NCBI GenBank assembly: GCA_977862235.1
Contig: OZ374561.1
Coordinates: 682,001-746,000, forward strand
Length of the DNA stretch: 64,000 nucleotides
Source: Dudresnaya verticillata
Lineage: Eukaryota
Direction of reading: 5' to 3'
Translations under genes and position numbers: made by a program
Notes under the pieces: generated by a model
Seen by the model: the letters and a program-made list of their open reading frames with translations, nothing else
Told to the model about the DNA's origin: nothing
Databases searched by the model: none
In this document: one piece after another, positions 1-13,900 of the stretch
Numbering within the stretch: position 1 is the stretch's first letter
Layout: every line of letters starts with the position of its first letter

Positions 1-372
1 CGGCGGAGTGCAGTGGAGTTTTTTTCAGCAGGAAGGAGGAAAGTTTGCCGCGAGGAGCAACTCTCTAGCAAAAAGCGGAATGTCGGTGTGTTGGTGTGTG
101 GGGGTGCGTGTTGTGTTGGTACGGGATAGGCAAGAGGCCGAATTAACGGCTGCACGGGAGGATGACAGCTCTCGTCAAGACGGGTCAGCAGGCATACACG
201 ACTAGAAAAATGAGTACCTTAAAGTAAGGGCGAGGCAAGGTTGTTACAGGGTGCAATATATATCGTGGACTTAGTTCCAACGAATGTTTCACCGAAAATA
301 GCTCGTCCACGGGTTCCACACGGGGCCCCAAAGAGGACATGAGTGTGACTTGTTTAAGGATCGCGGTAGCGT

Positions 373-387
373 GAGAGAGAGAGAGAG

Positions 388-429
<42 letters not shown>

Positions 430-443
430 CGTGCGTGTGCGTG
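373..443. repeat. Compound microsatellite (GA)9(GT)15(GC)5 with a degenerate GT/GC tail
   Basis: Read directly: GA repeats 373-390, GT repeats 391-420, GC repeats 421-430, then gtgcgtgtgcgtg. Confidence 0.95.
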
Positions 444-599
444 TTGCATGTGTGTGCTTGAGAGTACTTGCTGGATAAAGAACATGAACGGATGCAAAGT
501 CAACAAGGCATGGCTCTGGAATTGGGAGCGTTTATGAAACAGTTCTGGATACAGTGTGCTCTCCACTGGTTGGGAGGGGGGACGTCTACGAAAGCGTGG

Positions 600-2250
600 G
601 GACAGGACAGGACAGCACAGGCGCGAGCAGCGCGCGGCGAGCGACGAGCATGCAGCGGGCAGTAATGAAGGCGCGAGCGCGACGCGTTTGTCAGTTTGGA
701 AGCGCGAGCGGTGAGTGGAGCGCGAGCGCAGGAGGATTATTTGGATACTGTGACCATCGCGGCGCGAGCGCAGCAGCACCGACGTGCTTTTATATTGAGA
801 CATGTGAGAGCGGGAAACGTGCGCTCGCGCCTTGCCATGTTTTAAAGACCACAGTGACGCCGAGATGCGTGGAACCGTCGCCACGCCGCCGCCGCCGCCG
901 CCCCGTTCCGCAAAGCCCACTGGTGCGTGCACGGCACGCCCTGCGCGCGCGTGGTGCGCGAGTGCCTGCCTGCCTGCCTGCTGCCTGCGCGCGCGCGCTC
1001 ATCGTCAGCATCACCATCGCCGCCGCGACGGCCCGAGCAAGGGGACGCGGTGGCGGGAGCCAGCCGCGTGCCCGCGACGAACCGTGCTTCCGGCGCGCAG
1101 CCGGTCGGTTCGCAGCAAAGCCACGACCGCCGAGTTGCAGGCGCCGACGCGTCGTTGTGTAGCGCGATTCGGCACGCGCGCGCGGACGCGAGAGCTGGCG
1201 CGACGGTGATTCCACGTATCACCGGCTTGGCGGCCTTGTGAGTGGAGCGCACGGGCGGCGCGGCGCGGCGCGGCGGGCGATTGGCGCACGGCGGGGGTTG
1301 GTGGCGGCGGCGGCGCGCGGCCGACGGCAACGGCTTGCTGCAGCAAGCGGCTGTTGATGAGCAGAGAGGCTGCGTCGGGGGAAACGGGCGGCGGCGTGGC
1401 GGGCCGGGGGAGAAGCGCGGCAGAGTAGTGAGCGCAGCAGCCGGTGCGGCGGATTCGCCCGGCAGACTCTCGGACGGCTCGACGCTGTGGCCACGACGCG
1501 TCTGTTCGCGCCAGCGCGCACTTGCTGTTCCTGTTCCGCCGCGTTTTCTCATGGACCGGTGCGCCGGCACCGGCGCGGCTGCACCGGCCGCCGGGTGGCT
1601 TGCCCTTCGTCCACCCCGCGGCGCGCGGACGCACACAAACACACACAACACACGCCGACTTTGGTACCGCCCGCGGACATATGCCCTTTTTGATTGCCGC
1701 ATAACGCACGGCGGCCGCTTTCGCTCACAACCGGCATTCATGCCGTTCGCACTGTCACACACACCGCCGCATCTCGCGCTCGCTCGCGCGTCGCGTCGCG
1801 TCGCGATAAGATAACATATACTTGTGCATTCAATACTCGCAAGCTCGACGCCGCCGCAACCAAAGCCGCGGTCCGCGCTCCATGCAAGCCGTGACCTTCC
1901 GAGCGGCTTGACATGCAAAAAGCCTTTAACCGCGGCCTGCCACCACGGCTCTGCATGATCCCGCCCGCGCGCCGAGCGCAATAGCAACAAGGAGTCGCGC
2001 CGGGCCCTGTTTTGGCGCAAACGCTTTTATTCCCGGTGTACATTTTGCAAGCATCACCGAAATTGCCGCAACGCATGCACGCGCGCGTTGGCACGCGTGG
2101 CCTGCCACCGCGCTTGCGAGGGCAGGCCGCCTTCCGACCAACTGCCGCAGGTCCTCTAATGCAAATCTAACCCGAGCCGAGGCACGACAGAGGACCGGCG
2201 CGCCCGGTGGCGGGCGCCTCCCGAGGCATCCGTCGGGAAAGCAAAAGCCA
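600..2250. promoter_or_regulatory. CpG/CGCG-rich island, probable promoter region of a minus-strand gene lying off-window to the left
   Basis: Very GC-rich with abundant CGCG. The ORFs here are low-complexity Arg/Ala-rich shadows with no recognisable domain. Perfect minus-strand TATAAAAG at 787-794; ATTGG (CCAAT box) at ~1280. Confidence 0.45.
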
Positions 2251-5200
2251 TGTTGTCATCTGCCACGAAAGCCGGCCATGTTTGCAGTGTTCACTCCGCC
2301 GCAGCCGCCCTTCTTTCTCAACACGCAACTGCGTCGCGAAGGGTTTTGTCCGCGCCCCACCACTGCAGAGCTCCTACCGTGGATACTGTCAACAAGAGCA
2401 AAGCCCAAAAAGAACTGCACGCCACTGCGATGCCATTGTCCAGCCATGCCAGCAAATTGCCTCGCAATGCAACCCCAACAGCGAGCCAGAGCCTCACCCC
2501 CCGACCCACCTGTAAATAATCTACCTCCCCCACGCCAACAATCAACGCTGTCGCAAGGCCTCGTCCTTGTTGCTCTTAATACACCTTGCCCTCATTGTCA
2601 TCTTCAGCCCTAATGTGAAAGCCCTGGGAAAGAGCTGCTTGAGGAAAAACCCGTACCACACCCCAGTCCCGTGTCTTTTCGATACTCTAGAGCACTTGCC
2701 TCGTTGCTATGCGAACAATACACCCGTACTTGTCTCAACGTATTCAATCTTCTCCCTAAGCAAGCTGAATACCACCTCATCCACGCCTCACCTGAAACCT
2801 TGCACTTGTTTTTCTCCACGCAACAGAAATGGAAACTTCCTTTGTCATCGTCACCGTCCCAGATAATAGCAGCCCATGCCCGCTTGCACTTGACAAAAAA
2901 GGCTTCCCCGAGAGACCCAAACTTTTAGGCCCCATGTCAAATCACTTCTGTGATCTGTCTTGTTAATGTTCGCTGCACAATCAATTGTGTGTCACAAACC
3001 GGTCTTCTCCAAAAAGATAATACCCATTTGCAAAGCTTGACAAGCTAGCTCAAAGTTTACAGAGCTCATTTGATCCTTACCAACTAACTCATCTCATCAC
3101 AGAGCAATGGCATTCACAAACTGAACAACTAGTCATGTAACAACAGACTCTTGTTGCCAACTTGTTCTGCAACCGCGCAACTGCAGAATACAAAGGTCCT
3201 CGCCACCGAATCTCCATATGTCAAAACCAACTTTCTGCTACCCCCTCTTGTGTGCTAAATCAACAATCGCCCCCACCCCCATCATGCTTCGTCCCTCGTC
3301 AAGTCCTCCAGTCACAATCATAATCCTTATTCGGAAAAACTGGTCTTCTCTCTCACTCTTAGAACTCCGCACGTTTGTACAATGTGAACACACAACTCTG
3401 CAAACAGTCTGACAAACCGCTCGTCCGTACAAAACTATGACGTGACACGGTTACTTCATCGATGGCCATTGCAACAGCCAGCTTCTGTTTCAGCAAGCAA
3501 CTTATTTTTGACCTTCCTCAAGTTCCAGTTAAGAAGTTTGTACGCCGCAAAATCCTTCTAGACCGTGTGCGTAGCAGCTAGTGAAGAGAAAAACGTTGAG
3601 TGGAAAATCGTCTCTCCTAATACTGCTCAGCAAAATAGAGCTCTCAACTTCACATGAGCAAACATAACGCGCTGTTTCTGTGGTATACTAATAAAAGCAG
3701 TGCTAAGAACCGATACTAGTTATGACTATTTCTAGAACACTGCTTTGTACGCTCGATGGACTTCGAGCAGCAACCAGAGTTCGAAGTCTGGAACAGAGAC
3801 TGCCAGGCTGGAAATGGACCACACGCAACAAAATTCAGGTCACACGGTTGGTACGGTATTTCTAGGATGATCAAACAGAGCCTCGCCACTGCCCGAAAGT
3901 TGCAAAGGAGATGGAACTGCAGGAACAAATTGGTGCGCGGTACCGCATGATCTGCGGCTGCTTCGTGCATGAAGTGTAAATTCCGACCTCGAGGTCAACT
4001 GCGATGCGCATGCAGTGCTGGGACCGTTACGGTTGTAACACTGTATTAGAGGTGTATCGTTCCGTGCTAACGCGGAAGTTCAACGCATGTATGAGACAAT
4101 GCAATTCAGTCTTCCGTTGGTCTACATGACGGCTCTTCTAGAGCGGATCTGCTCTCCCAAAAATCAACGACTCTACAATATGGCCCGTAAGAAAAGAGTT
4201 GCCAAGCTAGCCGTCTCGAACCAGCTTCGCTTGTCTCCCTATCGCATAACTCTGAGTGCACCTCAGCAACTGCAAGAAAGAAGAGTCTGTTCATCGAGGC
4301 AGGCACATTTTTTAGCCCCAGAAAGATTCCCCAAAACCTCAAAACAGTTTCTTGTAGCAACCGCGCCAAACTGCCACTGCAGCGAAATAAACAAAGTATT
4401 TCCCAGTCGTCATTCTTCGTTTTGTAGAAGAGGATTGAAATTTCAACTTCAAAAGTTCCCTACATCGGTCTGGGTATGTAGCAAGGAAGCCCAAAAAACG
4501 CATGCGTGTTTGTGTGTGTGTGTGGAAGAACTCCGTGCCCGAAGAGGTATCAGAAGATACTTCCCGTACTGTATTGCTCTTCACTAAGCGCAGGAAATAG
4601 CGCGTGTGATCTCGTCAATCGAAGACATCATGACCAGCTTTGGGTTTGAGTCTCTAGTGTTCTTGAGGTTCCTGATAGACAAGCAATTCCAAGAATTTCC
4701 TATGTAGCTTGTGATGTTGCTAGGCTAATAGCATTTGTGCTATTAGGGGTCCTGCGTGGAATCTGGGGTGCATGCAAGCAAGGGCATAGTGTCTTCTTTT
4801 CAACTTAGTTGTAGCTAGAGAAAGGCCTTCGCGTGGCATCATAAGGCCCGTTTCCTATTGATGGGATGGAGAGGCTTTTCGCTGGAACCTGTCCACCTTC
4901 TTATTAAACATACATGTGTAGGATAGAGTGATGCTTTCAGCGAGTGGAGGTACTGCGCAGAGCTGCGGGACGAGTACAATCCTGCACTGTACCGCACTGC
5001 ATATATTTGAGATCTCGTAACGATACGATACAGATTCGGAATAAAAGCTGCCCACTGCACAAGGTCTCATGAAAGCTTTTTGTGACTGAACAACCACATT
5101 TCCTCGATAGAAGTGAGGTCCGTTCGTCTCCCGTTGAAGGGACAAATTTGCACGAGGTAATCTATCGCCACCAGGATCCACGGAACTGTAATTGAGAATC

Positions 5201-6580
5201 AAACTGCAAACTGGCAGTTGAGAAGCTAAACTCTTAACACAGTTAAACCTCATCAGGATCACATCACCATAGAAGGATCTGAGCACTAGACCGTTAAGCC
5301 ATGCAATTTCTAAAGATCCACTGGATAGATCCAGGATAGCGTAACTGAAGTCTAAGATAAAACTAGCAACAAGGTTGCAAACTAACACCAGTGCTATAGT
5401 CCCGGCCAAAAAGTTTCTCCGGATTTTAGATGGATACTTTCACAATTGTAAGACAATACTTCCGTATCACCGACTGCACATAGACAAGTCCACGATAACG
5501 TATCGTATGAGATGGTACTTCAATTGATTTCATTACTATATGAAGTCTCTCAAAGCGAAGCAATCAGAATCATCTGTGAAGGGGCTGACTCTAAAATTTC
5601 CTAATGCTATTGATTTATAAAAGCGCCCTGCAAACTGAGAGCTTCATCCCTGCACGAATCATGTTTCTAGTGATGAGAAAAGCTTATTGCGACTTGACGC
5701 ACAGCATCTTGTCGAAAATGATTGGTGAGACGACGGTCCGTTTCGCTAATGCTAGTCGGGAGAGGAAGACTGGTGTGCTATTTCCCACTGTGTCTTAGAA
5801 ATCACAGGGCCAAACTATTGGACGACATTGCATCCCGGCATACAGCGGTTTATTCAAGGTACTATGAGAGCTGATCGGAATGACAATACGAAGACTTGTG
5901 ACACTAACGGGGCAGGCACTGAGATGCATATATGTGGAGTATGGCTCCTTAGCTCAATGGGTATCCCATTTGTGTCCCCCTTCTGGAGTCTTCAAACTGA
6001 ATCGTTTAGTGTGGAAGCCAAGACACCTCTAGCCATTCTCCCGGGGAAAATCAAATATGAAACCATTTCGATACCGTCCTTTCAGGACAGAAAGGTGTGT
6101 GCACCATTCTGAAGTGGAGCAGAAAATATGGAGGAAAAGGAGACGATCTCCATCTTAGCATTGATATCGCCTTCGCCTCTCAAATTTGTTGCAACTTCAT
6201 GCTCTTCTTTCTGGTTCTAGGTTACTCTTATTTTCGGGAAAACTCACTCAGTGTATTTCTGTTAACTATCGTATTGCTAATTAGAAAGCTGAAGCCACAT
6301 TTATCCTAGAGATGCGGGCAAGAGTGACCATGAGTTTGCCGAGGGCGGCAGCCCATAAAGACTAAATGAATATAAATGAAGCATACGCTGATATTGCCAA
6401 AAGATGGGGCGGACTGCTGGATGAATCACCTATATTACCAGCCTGACAAAGATGGGGCAGACTGATTGAATCATCACCCCGAGAAAACTCTTTGACAACT
6501 TCGTAAGTCAAGGCAATTGCATTCTGCAGCTGAATACGTGGCTGACCGCTGATGCAAAAGTGAGAAAGCAAGTTCGCGGT

Positions 6581-6652
6581 CAAAACCTAAGTCATCGGAC
6601 TGCTCCTAAGGAAAGACAAAACCTAAGTCATCGAGCTGCTCCTAAGGAAAGG
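6581..6652. repeat. Tandem duplication, 2 x 36 bp (3 mismatches)
   Basis: caaaacctaagtcatcggactgctcctaaggaaaga followed directly by caaaacctaagtcatcgagctgctcctaaggaaagg; no spacer. Confidence 0.9.
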
Positions 6653-7177
6653 CAAGAGTGAAAGGGTAGGGACGACGAAAACGAATCGAGAGTTGCTTTA
6701 TATTAATAGCTTCTACTCTAGCCACACCTCGAAAGCCCAAAGAGGCTTTTGAAAGTCCAGGATTTTCAATCAGCCGTGAAAGTCATTCAGTGGTACTGTC
6801 CACCTGCCTATTGCACACCTTGCTTTAAACATACAGAATTTGTCTTGGTTGCACCGAAGGGGAACTGCATGCCTTTTCGAACTGCCCCGATACAACAGAA
6901 TTACATCAACTCGAAATGCAGATAGTGCATAACAGTATTCATAATGTAATACAAAATAAATATCGAATACAGGAACAGTTCAAGCTTGTTTTGCGAAACT
7001 GGTTGAGAAACTCAATTACCAGCAACGATTCAGGCACGTAATTCCTTGCATAAGGAGTGGATCACACTTTGCCAGATGCTTTCTTTCTAGACAAACCCTA
7101 TTACGCATTTTCTGCTAAGAATAGCAGAACTAGGCCCACCGGTAAACAGAACAGAAAAGCTACTGCGGCGATCTGCG

Positions 7178-7653
7178 TGTCGTGGCGCTGGTCTACGAAA
7201 GCACGGGTTCGAGGCGAAGGCGCGAGTGAGGGCACCCTGCGACGGTAGTTCCCCTTCGAGAGCATTGCCTTTTTCCCCACCTACTAAATAGCAGATGGCC
7301 GGCCGGCCGCCGGCCCAGGCCGGCGACGTTAGCCAAGCTCAAGTGCTGTAGCTGGGGTGTGACCCCCGTGACGCTCTAGGGCAGATGGTTTTGCGATAAC
7401 ATAATCGAAGGATGCTCCGCGAGCGCCCACAGTAGGGCGCTTCGATTTCCCGCCAAGCAGGAAGTCCCAAAAAGTAAAGGCTAAAGTACAAGAGGCGTCT
7501 AAAAGCGCACGCTTGTTGTGAGTGTGTACCCTAGGGTAGAGGTGCCCCGAACGACAACCGCTGCCTGGCGCCCCGTAGGCGCGTCTGTAACGGGCGTGAC
7601 CCCGGTGCATGCACCGTGCCAAGTACAATTGTGCTGCGGAGCTGAGCGTTACA
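7178..7653. mobile_element. Probable solo LTR of an LTR retrotransposon (~476 bp)
   Basis: GC-rich block in an AT-richer context. Starts TGT and ends ACA. Flanked by CTGCG (7173-7177) and CTACG (7654-7658), a candidate 5-bp target-site duplication with one mismatch. Internal TATA-like ctactaaatag at ~7281. No retrotransposon coding sequence seen next to it. Confidence 0.45.
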
Positions 7654-8344
7654 CTACGCAGCTATTGTATTTATCTATCCAACGTGCTTACCCCAGTTTA
7701 TATCATTCTCATTTCATCTTGAGCCTATATTATGCCAATATGCAAACAAGACATTGAGAAGGTCCGCTCACCTGAAGCACGTCGTCTTATGCAAAGGATC
7801 AATCTGTTAGAATGAAAGGATTGTTTTCGCACAAAATGGTGGGAGAGGAAGTATCGTATAAGAAAAGACAAGGGTGAATTTTGATGATACAAATGCAGGC
7901 AGGCTGGTTGATCCTGCCAATTCATACATACAATACCTGTGGTGCAATAAGATTACCTCGAATAATCCCTCTGAGTCCTCACTTGTATTGATGAACATGG
8001 AGATAAGATAAGATCATGTAGGGTTGCTTGTGTGTCTCCGTGGTTTTGACTTTTTCTCAGATGTGCTCTGCAGTGAAGAACGGAGCTCTATGTTCCCAGC
8101 TCTGTGGTGAAGAGAAAAGGATTTTTCCACCGCGGCGTGAGGCGTGCCTTTAAATTGTGAGAAGGCAACCTTAACACATTGGAGTTAGCCCAAAGTCCAC
8201 GGCAATAGAGAGAAGCTGCTGCTCGGAGACAATGATGAAAATGGATATTACCTGCCTGCCTCAGGCTATGGTTGCGTGTCCGTGGAGAAGCATGACGACT
8301 TCTCACCCACCTGAAGAAGAGCAATGATTTCTCGAGTAGAGGGG

Positions 8345-8698
8345 TTACAATTGTTCCGATTGCCTAGCGACCTGACTCGGGGATGAAGCATTTGTCGCTT
8401 GAGTGGTAGTGACAGGGTGCAGGTCCGCTCCCGGGCAGGTGTGACAAACGCAGTTGAAGTCGGTGCCCGTCCGGGAGAGGAGAGCACGGCGGCAAAGGAA
8501 ACACGCAAAGTCTCCAGGCAGGGATTCACCATCGTTCTTGGCAGTCACAGTATTGGGACAAGTGCAAGAATGCTCCGAGGGTGAGCCCCGCGGCGACAGG
8601 CGAGTGGAGAAGCGCGCAGATCTGACATCAAGATGTCTGCACGGGGCGTTGGAATCGCGAGCGTCGATCTGTTTCGGAAACGGCGCGTCCACACTCAT
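8345..8698 (-). CDS. Possible small Cys-rich protein (117 aa)
   Basis: ATG at 8698 opens MSVDAPFPKQ...CTCP...CFLC...CVCHTC...EQL*. It sits in a GC-richer island. No family recognised. Confidence 0.3.
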   Translation of the reverse strand: MSVDAPFPKQIDARDSNAPCRHLDVRSARFSTRLSPRGSPSEHSCTCPNTVTAKNDGESLPGDFACFLCRRALLSRTGTDFNCVCHTCPGADLHPVTTTQATNASSPSQVARQSEQL

Positions 8699-9709
8699 GT
8701 GCCGGTGGAAGACACCAGCAGCCTCGGAACTGGAAGAACAGAACAGAACAAACAAGAAGCCAGACTCGAGACAAACGCAGTAGGCGCGCGAGGTAAGTGC
8801 ACAGTGAGAAGTGCACGAGAATCATTGCAGCACGCACACGTCTGCAACCCCTCGTAATATTACCCGTACTACGGTACCACTGTACGGCTGCTGCCATAGC
8901 TTCCACGGTGCGCAACAGAGAGTAAAACTATTGTGCCTGCCGCAAGGGCTCTGCGACTCAGAAATGTAAGGCAATTTGTTGAGGCCGCCTGCATCATAGA
9001 AATGGCACTCACGCCCAGCAACTTGAGTGGACCTCCACAACCTTCTTATTGACATCCAACAACTACGGCCGAACGAATAATGCTCCGCCTTGTATCTTTC
9101 TATTAGAGCCCTTCTTTTGGCGCGTCGCCAGAATGTCACGGCCCTCTAGCTGAATCAAACATGGAATTTTCCCGTGCAGAACCTTCTTGGTCGATACGCC
9201 GCGTCAGAACAGCCACGGTGTTGACCTCTTCGCGTATCAATGTGCCAACTGTTGTCCAGTCGTTGCGAGTGTTTGCTCCGATTGCTGAGATACAGGTAAT
9301 GGCGCAACATGCCCGTTTTACAAACAGAGCAACCATCTCTTTGACGAGTTCATACGATAAGTCGAATTCAATCTTACTGATGATCCCTGCGAGCTGTGTG
9401 CTCAAGTAATCAACCTTCACCATCTGACAAAGGAGGGTAAGTAAAGGCTCACCAACGTTCAGGCTCACAGGGTCACTCGAGCTTCAAGTACTGCAGACTG
9501 GTTTGTAAGCATTGTCCGTCGATTTGCAGAATCGATCACAAAATGCTACCGCCTTTCCTTCATAGTTGTGTCCCACCTCTCTAGCTGACTAGAAAGGCCG
9601 TGAGCTGCTATGTCTATAAATAAACCAAAAGAATGTAGAGACTGCAGATTGTGGAGAACGACCTCCGCCTACTGCAACTGTATTTTCCACTGTCACCTCC
9701 ATCAACTGT

Positions 9710-9785
9710 GCTCTCTCACTCTCTCACTCTCTTTCTCGCGCGCTCTCTCTCGATCCCTCGCTATCTCTTTCTCTCTGTCTCTGTG
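9710..9785. repeat. Imperfect (CT)n microsatellite
   Basis: ctctctcactctctcactctctttctcgcgcgctctctctc...ctctctgtctctgtg read directly. Confidence 0.75.
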
Positions 9786-10789
9786 TCCCTTACAGCGGTG
9801 ATCGTCTTCCTTTGACGATACAGTTTCAGTTGCAGCTCGTCTGAGCCATATCTCTCAGTTTTGGCCCAAGCAGGCTATCTACACAGAAGCCAGAGCACTT
9901 CGTCATTATCGAGTATGGATATTGGAGGAACAACGAAATTGTTTAATTACTTTTCATCTGTGCTAGGAACGAAAGAGTGCAGAGGCACACGCTTGGATGT
10001 CGGTTTTACCTCCTCTTCATACCACAGAGTAAATATTAGAGTTGCGTTTCTACGCAAACATAAACCTCAGCCTAGGGATTACTATTCACGGCAGTCTGGC
10101 CCGGTCACAAAGACACGCTCTCTTTCTCTCTCTCGTTCTGTAAAGCTAATGCTGCAGGTGCGCTTTTCTCCCCTCCATATGTGGTCAGTCACAACATATT
10201 AAGTAGGGCCATTCAGATTAGAGGTATTTCCGATTGACTCGACGTCTTGCTGAATTGTTGTGCACAACAGTATTGCTAGATACCTGTCCTTGGGCATTTT
10301 CAATATCATATCTGTCACAATTTCCGCTCGTATTGTCGTTACAGTATAGATATCGGTGTTGAGTGTAAGACTTGGTGATGCTAATCTACGACGATCCTTT
10401 TCGCTCTTTGAAAAATACAAACGACATTGTGCAGTGCTCAGAACACTAGTCATCTTAACATGCGCCAGCAGTGTATTGCCTGTATCTTTCGTCGCGACAC
10501 AGGCAGTTACGATCGTTCCGCTGGGAGCCAGTGGGGGCGCTTAGGAATCATTGGTACAGATTTTGTGGGCATTAAGCGCGAGAGGAGAGGAGGGTACATT
10601 ACATGTCTGTGGGTCGGAAGAATTGTCGCACTGTGCTGTTTGCAGAGGTGTAAAGGGAGACTTGTTCTCCAGTGACACAGAATTCGTGGATTTACCAAAT
10701 TCCTGTGCAGGACGGTACAGAGAGAGTATGTATGTGTGGGCGGGGTCTTTTCTGAGATACTAAAGGGAGGTCATGTTAAGTGTGTATGA

Positions 10790-10791
<2 letters not shown>

Positions 10792-10853
<62 letters not shown>

Positions 10854-10916
10854 GAGTTTTACTGGGATCCTGTAGACGGGGAGCGAGGCTAATTCCTTGG
10901 AGAGAGAGAGAGAGAG
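10792..10916. repeat. (AG)n microsatellites: ~28 units at 10792-10848 and 8 units at 10901-10916
   Basis: Read directly. Confidence 0.95.
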
Positions 10917-13900
10917 CAAGAAAGAAAAGTCTTCAAGTCGGGCGTACATTATTGGGGAAAGAACAGGATCCTTTTAATGAAGACGTACTTTAAGCCCGTT
11001 GTGTTTGTTGTCTGTTTCGTTCAGGTTTTTAACGATACGGTAGCTCACATCCAGCATGATGCCATGAATAACGCAGCAAAAACACTCCTCTCTTCCGAGC
11101 TTTGAATTACAGACCAGCCCCACTGCGTACGGAGCACGATTCGTATAGGCTTCGCATCCACAACGTTTGCTTAGAGAGCACGCGTTGTGGCCTCATTCAC
11201 AGGCCATGGTTTGCGTCAGGAATGTCACCATCACGTGCTGCCGCATATGTCGGGCAAAACATCAGTTGAATTTCTTTGGTATCTACCCTGGTTTCTCGTT
11301 ACTTCGTGACTCCTTTTTTTCCGTATGGTCTGATGTTTGCACCTTTTCCGGCAACACTTGACTTGCTTTTGAAACTCAATTGGCGTGACAGAATGCCAAT
11401 GAGGAAGCCCCGGCTGTTAAGGAAACTTTCATGGCCTTTGAGGGCCAGAACATGTAGGATCAACACAACTCATTTTAGAGGCAATCGTAGGTTGTATAAT
11501 CATATCATTATCAGTAGAAGAATCACTGGCTTATTTATGTATATTGGAGATGTCATTCGGCCATACTCGTTTGTTTTATTTGTCCTGAAGGAGAAATGCG
11601 GAAGCAGCCTACCCCCGTCGTACTATTTGTCTTATGTCTCGTATGTGGCACAATAGAACTCCTATTCCGGTATCCGTGCTGAACAAAGGGAGGTCATTCT
11701 GGCAAGCTGCCCCGCCTGTATCCACTCGAGAGGAATATGTTTCGGGATGCTCGTAATTCGTTAACACGCTGCCCTTAGAGTGTGCAAGATGTAATTGGAC
11801 AATAATCCGCACAAGTAAAGAAAATCCGTCGATACTTATAACAAGGACCATTGGCCCTGCTTGCGACAGGCGGAAAAAGAGCTACAGGCGGCAGCAGTCT
11901 GATGTCTCCAACGACGGATTTGTGAACCTCACGTATTACGTTTCTAGATTGGCGCAATAATGCAGTTTTGAGTGTAGCGAAGGCTAGAGGTGCCACCGCC
12001 GCTGGAACTTCGCTTGGTGAACAAGTTTATACACGGCTTTCTGTATCTCTTTTTCTAACAGGAATTCGTTTTCTTGTCAATAGCTCACCACGGAAGAGAT
12101 TCCAGTGTTGATTCCAGTGTTAGTGCTGATTGACTACCCGTTATATCCTATCGTCAATTAGAGGGAGGTATGATTCGCGTCTGAGTTCGATATGACATCG
12201 TTCTGTGTTACAATTCTTAGTTTCGAGATTTTCCGTAGTATTCGAAAGCAATATGAAATAAGATCCACTTGTAAAAGGGTGTTACAATCACAAAGACGTA
12301 GTTTGATATACCTTTTCACGACAGACGCTGTAAACGCTAGTCTTGACGCTCTTTAGAACAGAGCTCACAAAAACTCGCTAAGAACCTGATATCCAACCGT
12401 TAACTGATTCTTTGCTACTGTTACTTTACAACATAATGAACCCTCTCTAAGATTTTGCTAAAGGCAAGAGTAAATTGTGAAATATTCCTGTAGGCGAAAT
12501 CTTTACGAATATAGGCACATTGGCTTCATCATGAAGCCTCCATGTAGCCTTCGAACTGCGCTTAGCAGGAGGTATGTATAAGATATCTAAATGGTTCTGT
12601 CACTGCATGATTCCAGGGTGACAATCGTTTACTATTCCCTTCTCTCCCCGGATATTTTGCAGCTTGCTGATATTATCACAATTCTGCATGCCCCTGAAAG
12701 GAAATAAAGTCACTTCCATCTTCCACTGCTGCTGTGATAATAGGGACTTCCAGGCATGTTCCACAACAAACCAACTCCCCCTCTGCACCCACATGGTTTG
12801 TTTATATGTAGCAGGCCTGTGTTTTACGACTTTTAAAACTTGCACGAGAAAGCATTACTTCACAAAATGTGTTGAAATAGATGTAAGTTCAGGGCAATAC
12901 ATACTTCAGAGTGAAGGTCGTAAGATGATGGTACATCCACCATCCCACTCCGCTATTTCAGCTGTGTAGTAGCATGGTTTTAGAGAGAAAAAACATGTTT
13001 CCTCAAGCTGATAACAATATCATCGATCGACTGCAAGTGACTGGATAATATACAAAGGCTTTAATAATGGCATGCCCTGTCTCGCGAGTTTTAACCACAA
13101 TAAGGATTATATAGGAAGTACAATGCGGACGTTTGCTGGCGCGTGCTGCACGGTTGCAGGTACTGTACTGCAGTAGTGTTTTGCTGTAATGTCTAGAAGG
13201 GCATAGTCCCAACAATGATGTACTCTACCATCAACTACTGCCATGTTTAAAGCGAACTCTTCTCAGCGCTTTTCCCCGCAAATAGCCATGTGGTTCACAT
13301 TTCTGGCTGCGGGTTTTATTGCTACAGGGGAGTACTCCACCCGCACTTGAGCGGCTAAGAAAGCTCATTCTTGATAGATGTAAGGGTTTCCACCCTTGCC
13401 GAGGGGCTGATATGAGACCGGGGCTAATACGCCTCGGCTCAATGCAAATGCATATCCGCGAAAAAGACCATTTTAAGCCAATGCGTCAACAGCCATTCAT
13501 ATATAGTTGCAGATGGGCGGGCTTCATTGCGAATTGCGAAAGTTCTGCAGCAATTGCTAGTCTGTTACAATGCCACTCCTGAGGGTAAGCAAAACAAACG
13601 TTGTAAGCGGCTCTTTCTATCAAGCATCGATGTGACCAAGGCTTTAACTATAGGAGACGAGTAACGAGTAAACAAAATTTGCGGACCGTACGGAAAGGGA
13701 AGCAGAAGGCTTCTCATTACTGCATTACAATTACTAGCTAGAGTTCTAACGACACGAATGACTATGTTGTAATTCACCCTGTCCTCCCACCAATTCACAT
13801 ACAGTAATTGCTAACGATTGTACAGTACACGATGCACGGACATATCACAACTTTGGGAAGTACTATCGCAGTGTAACAGAAAGACATATTCGATGGACTC

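Noticed and set aside
354..2141. Many overlapping ORFs of up to 392 aa on both strands
   Set aside because: Arg/Ala/Pro-rich with no domain motifs; expected by chance in very GC-rich DNA.
6581..6652. 36-bp direct repeats of CRISPR-like length
   Set aside because: Only two abutting copies, no spacer, no cas genes, and a eukaryotic context.
11609..11851. VLVISIDGFS resembling an alkaline-phosphatase-superfamily motif
   Set aside because: Non-ATG short fragment with none of the downstream catalytic motifs; cannot be distinguished from chance.
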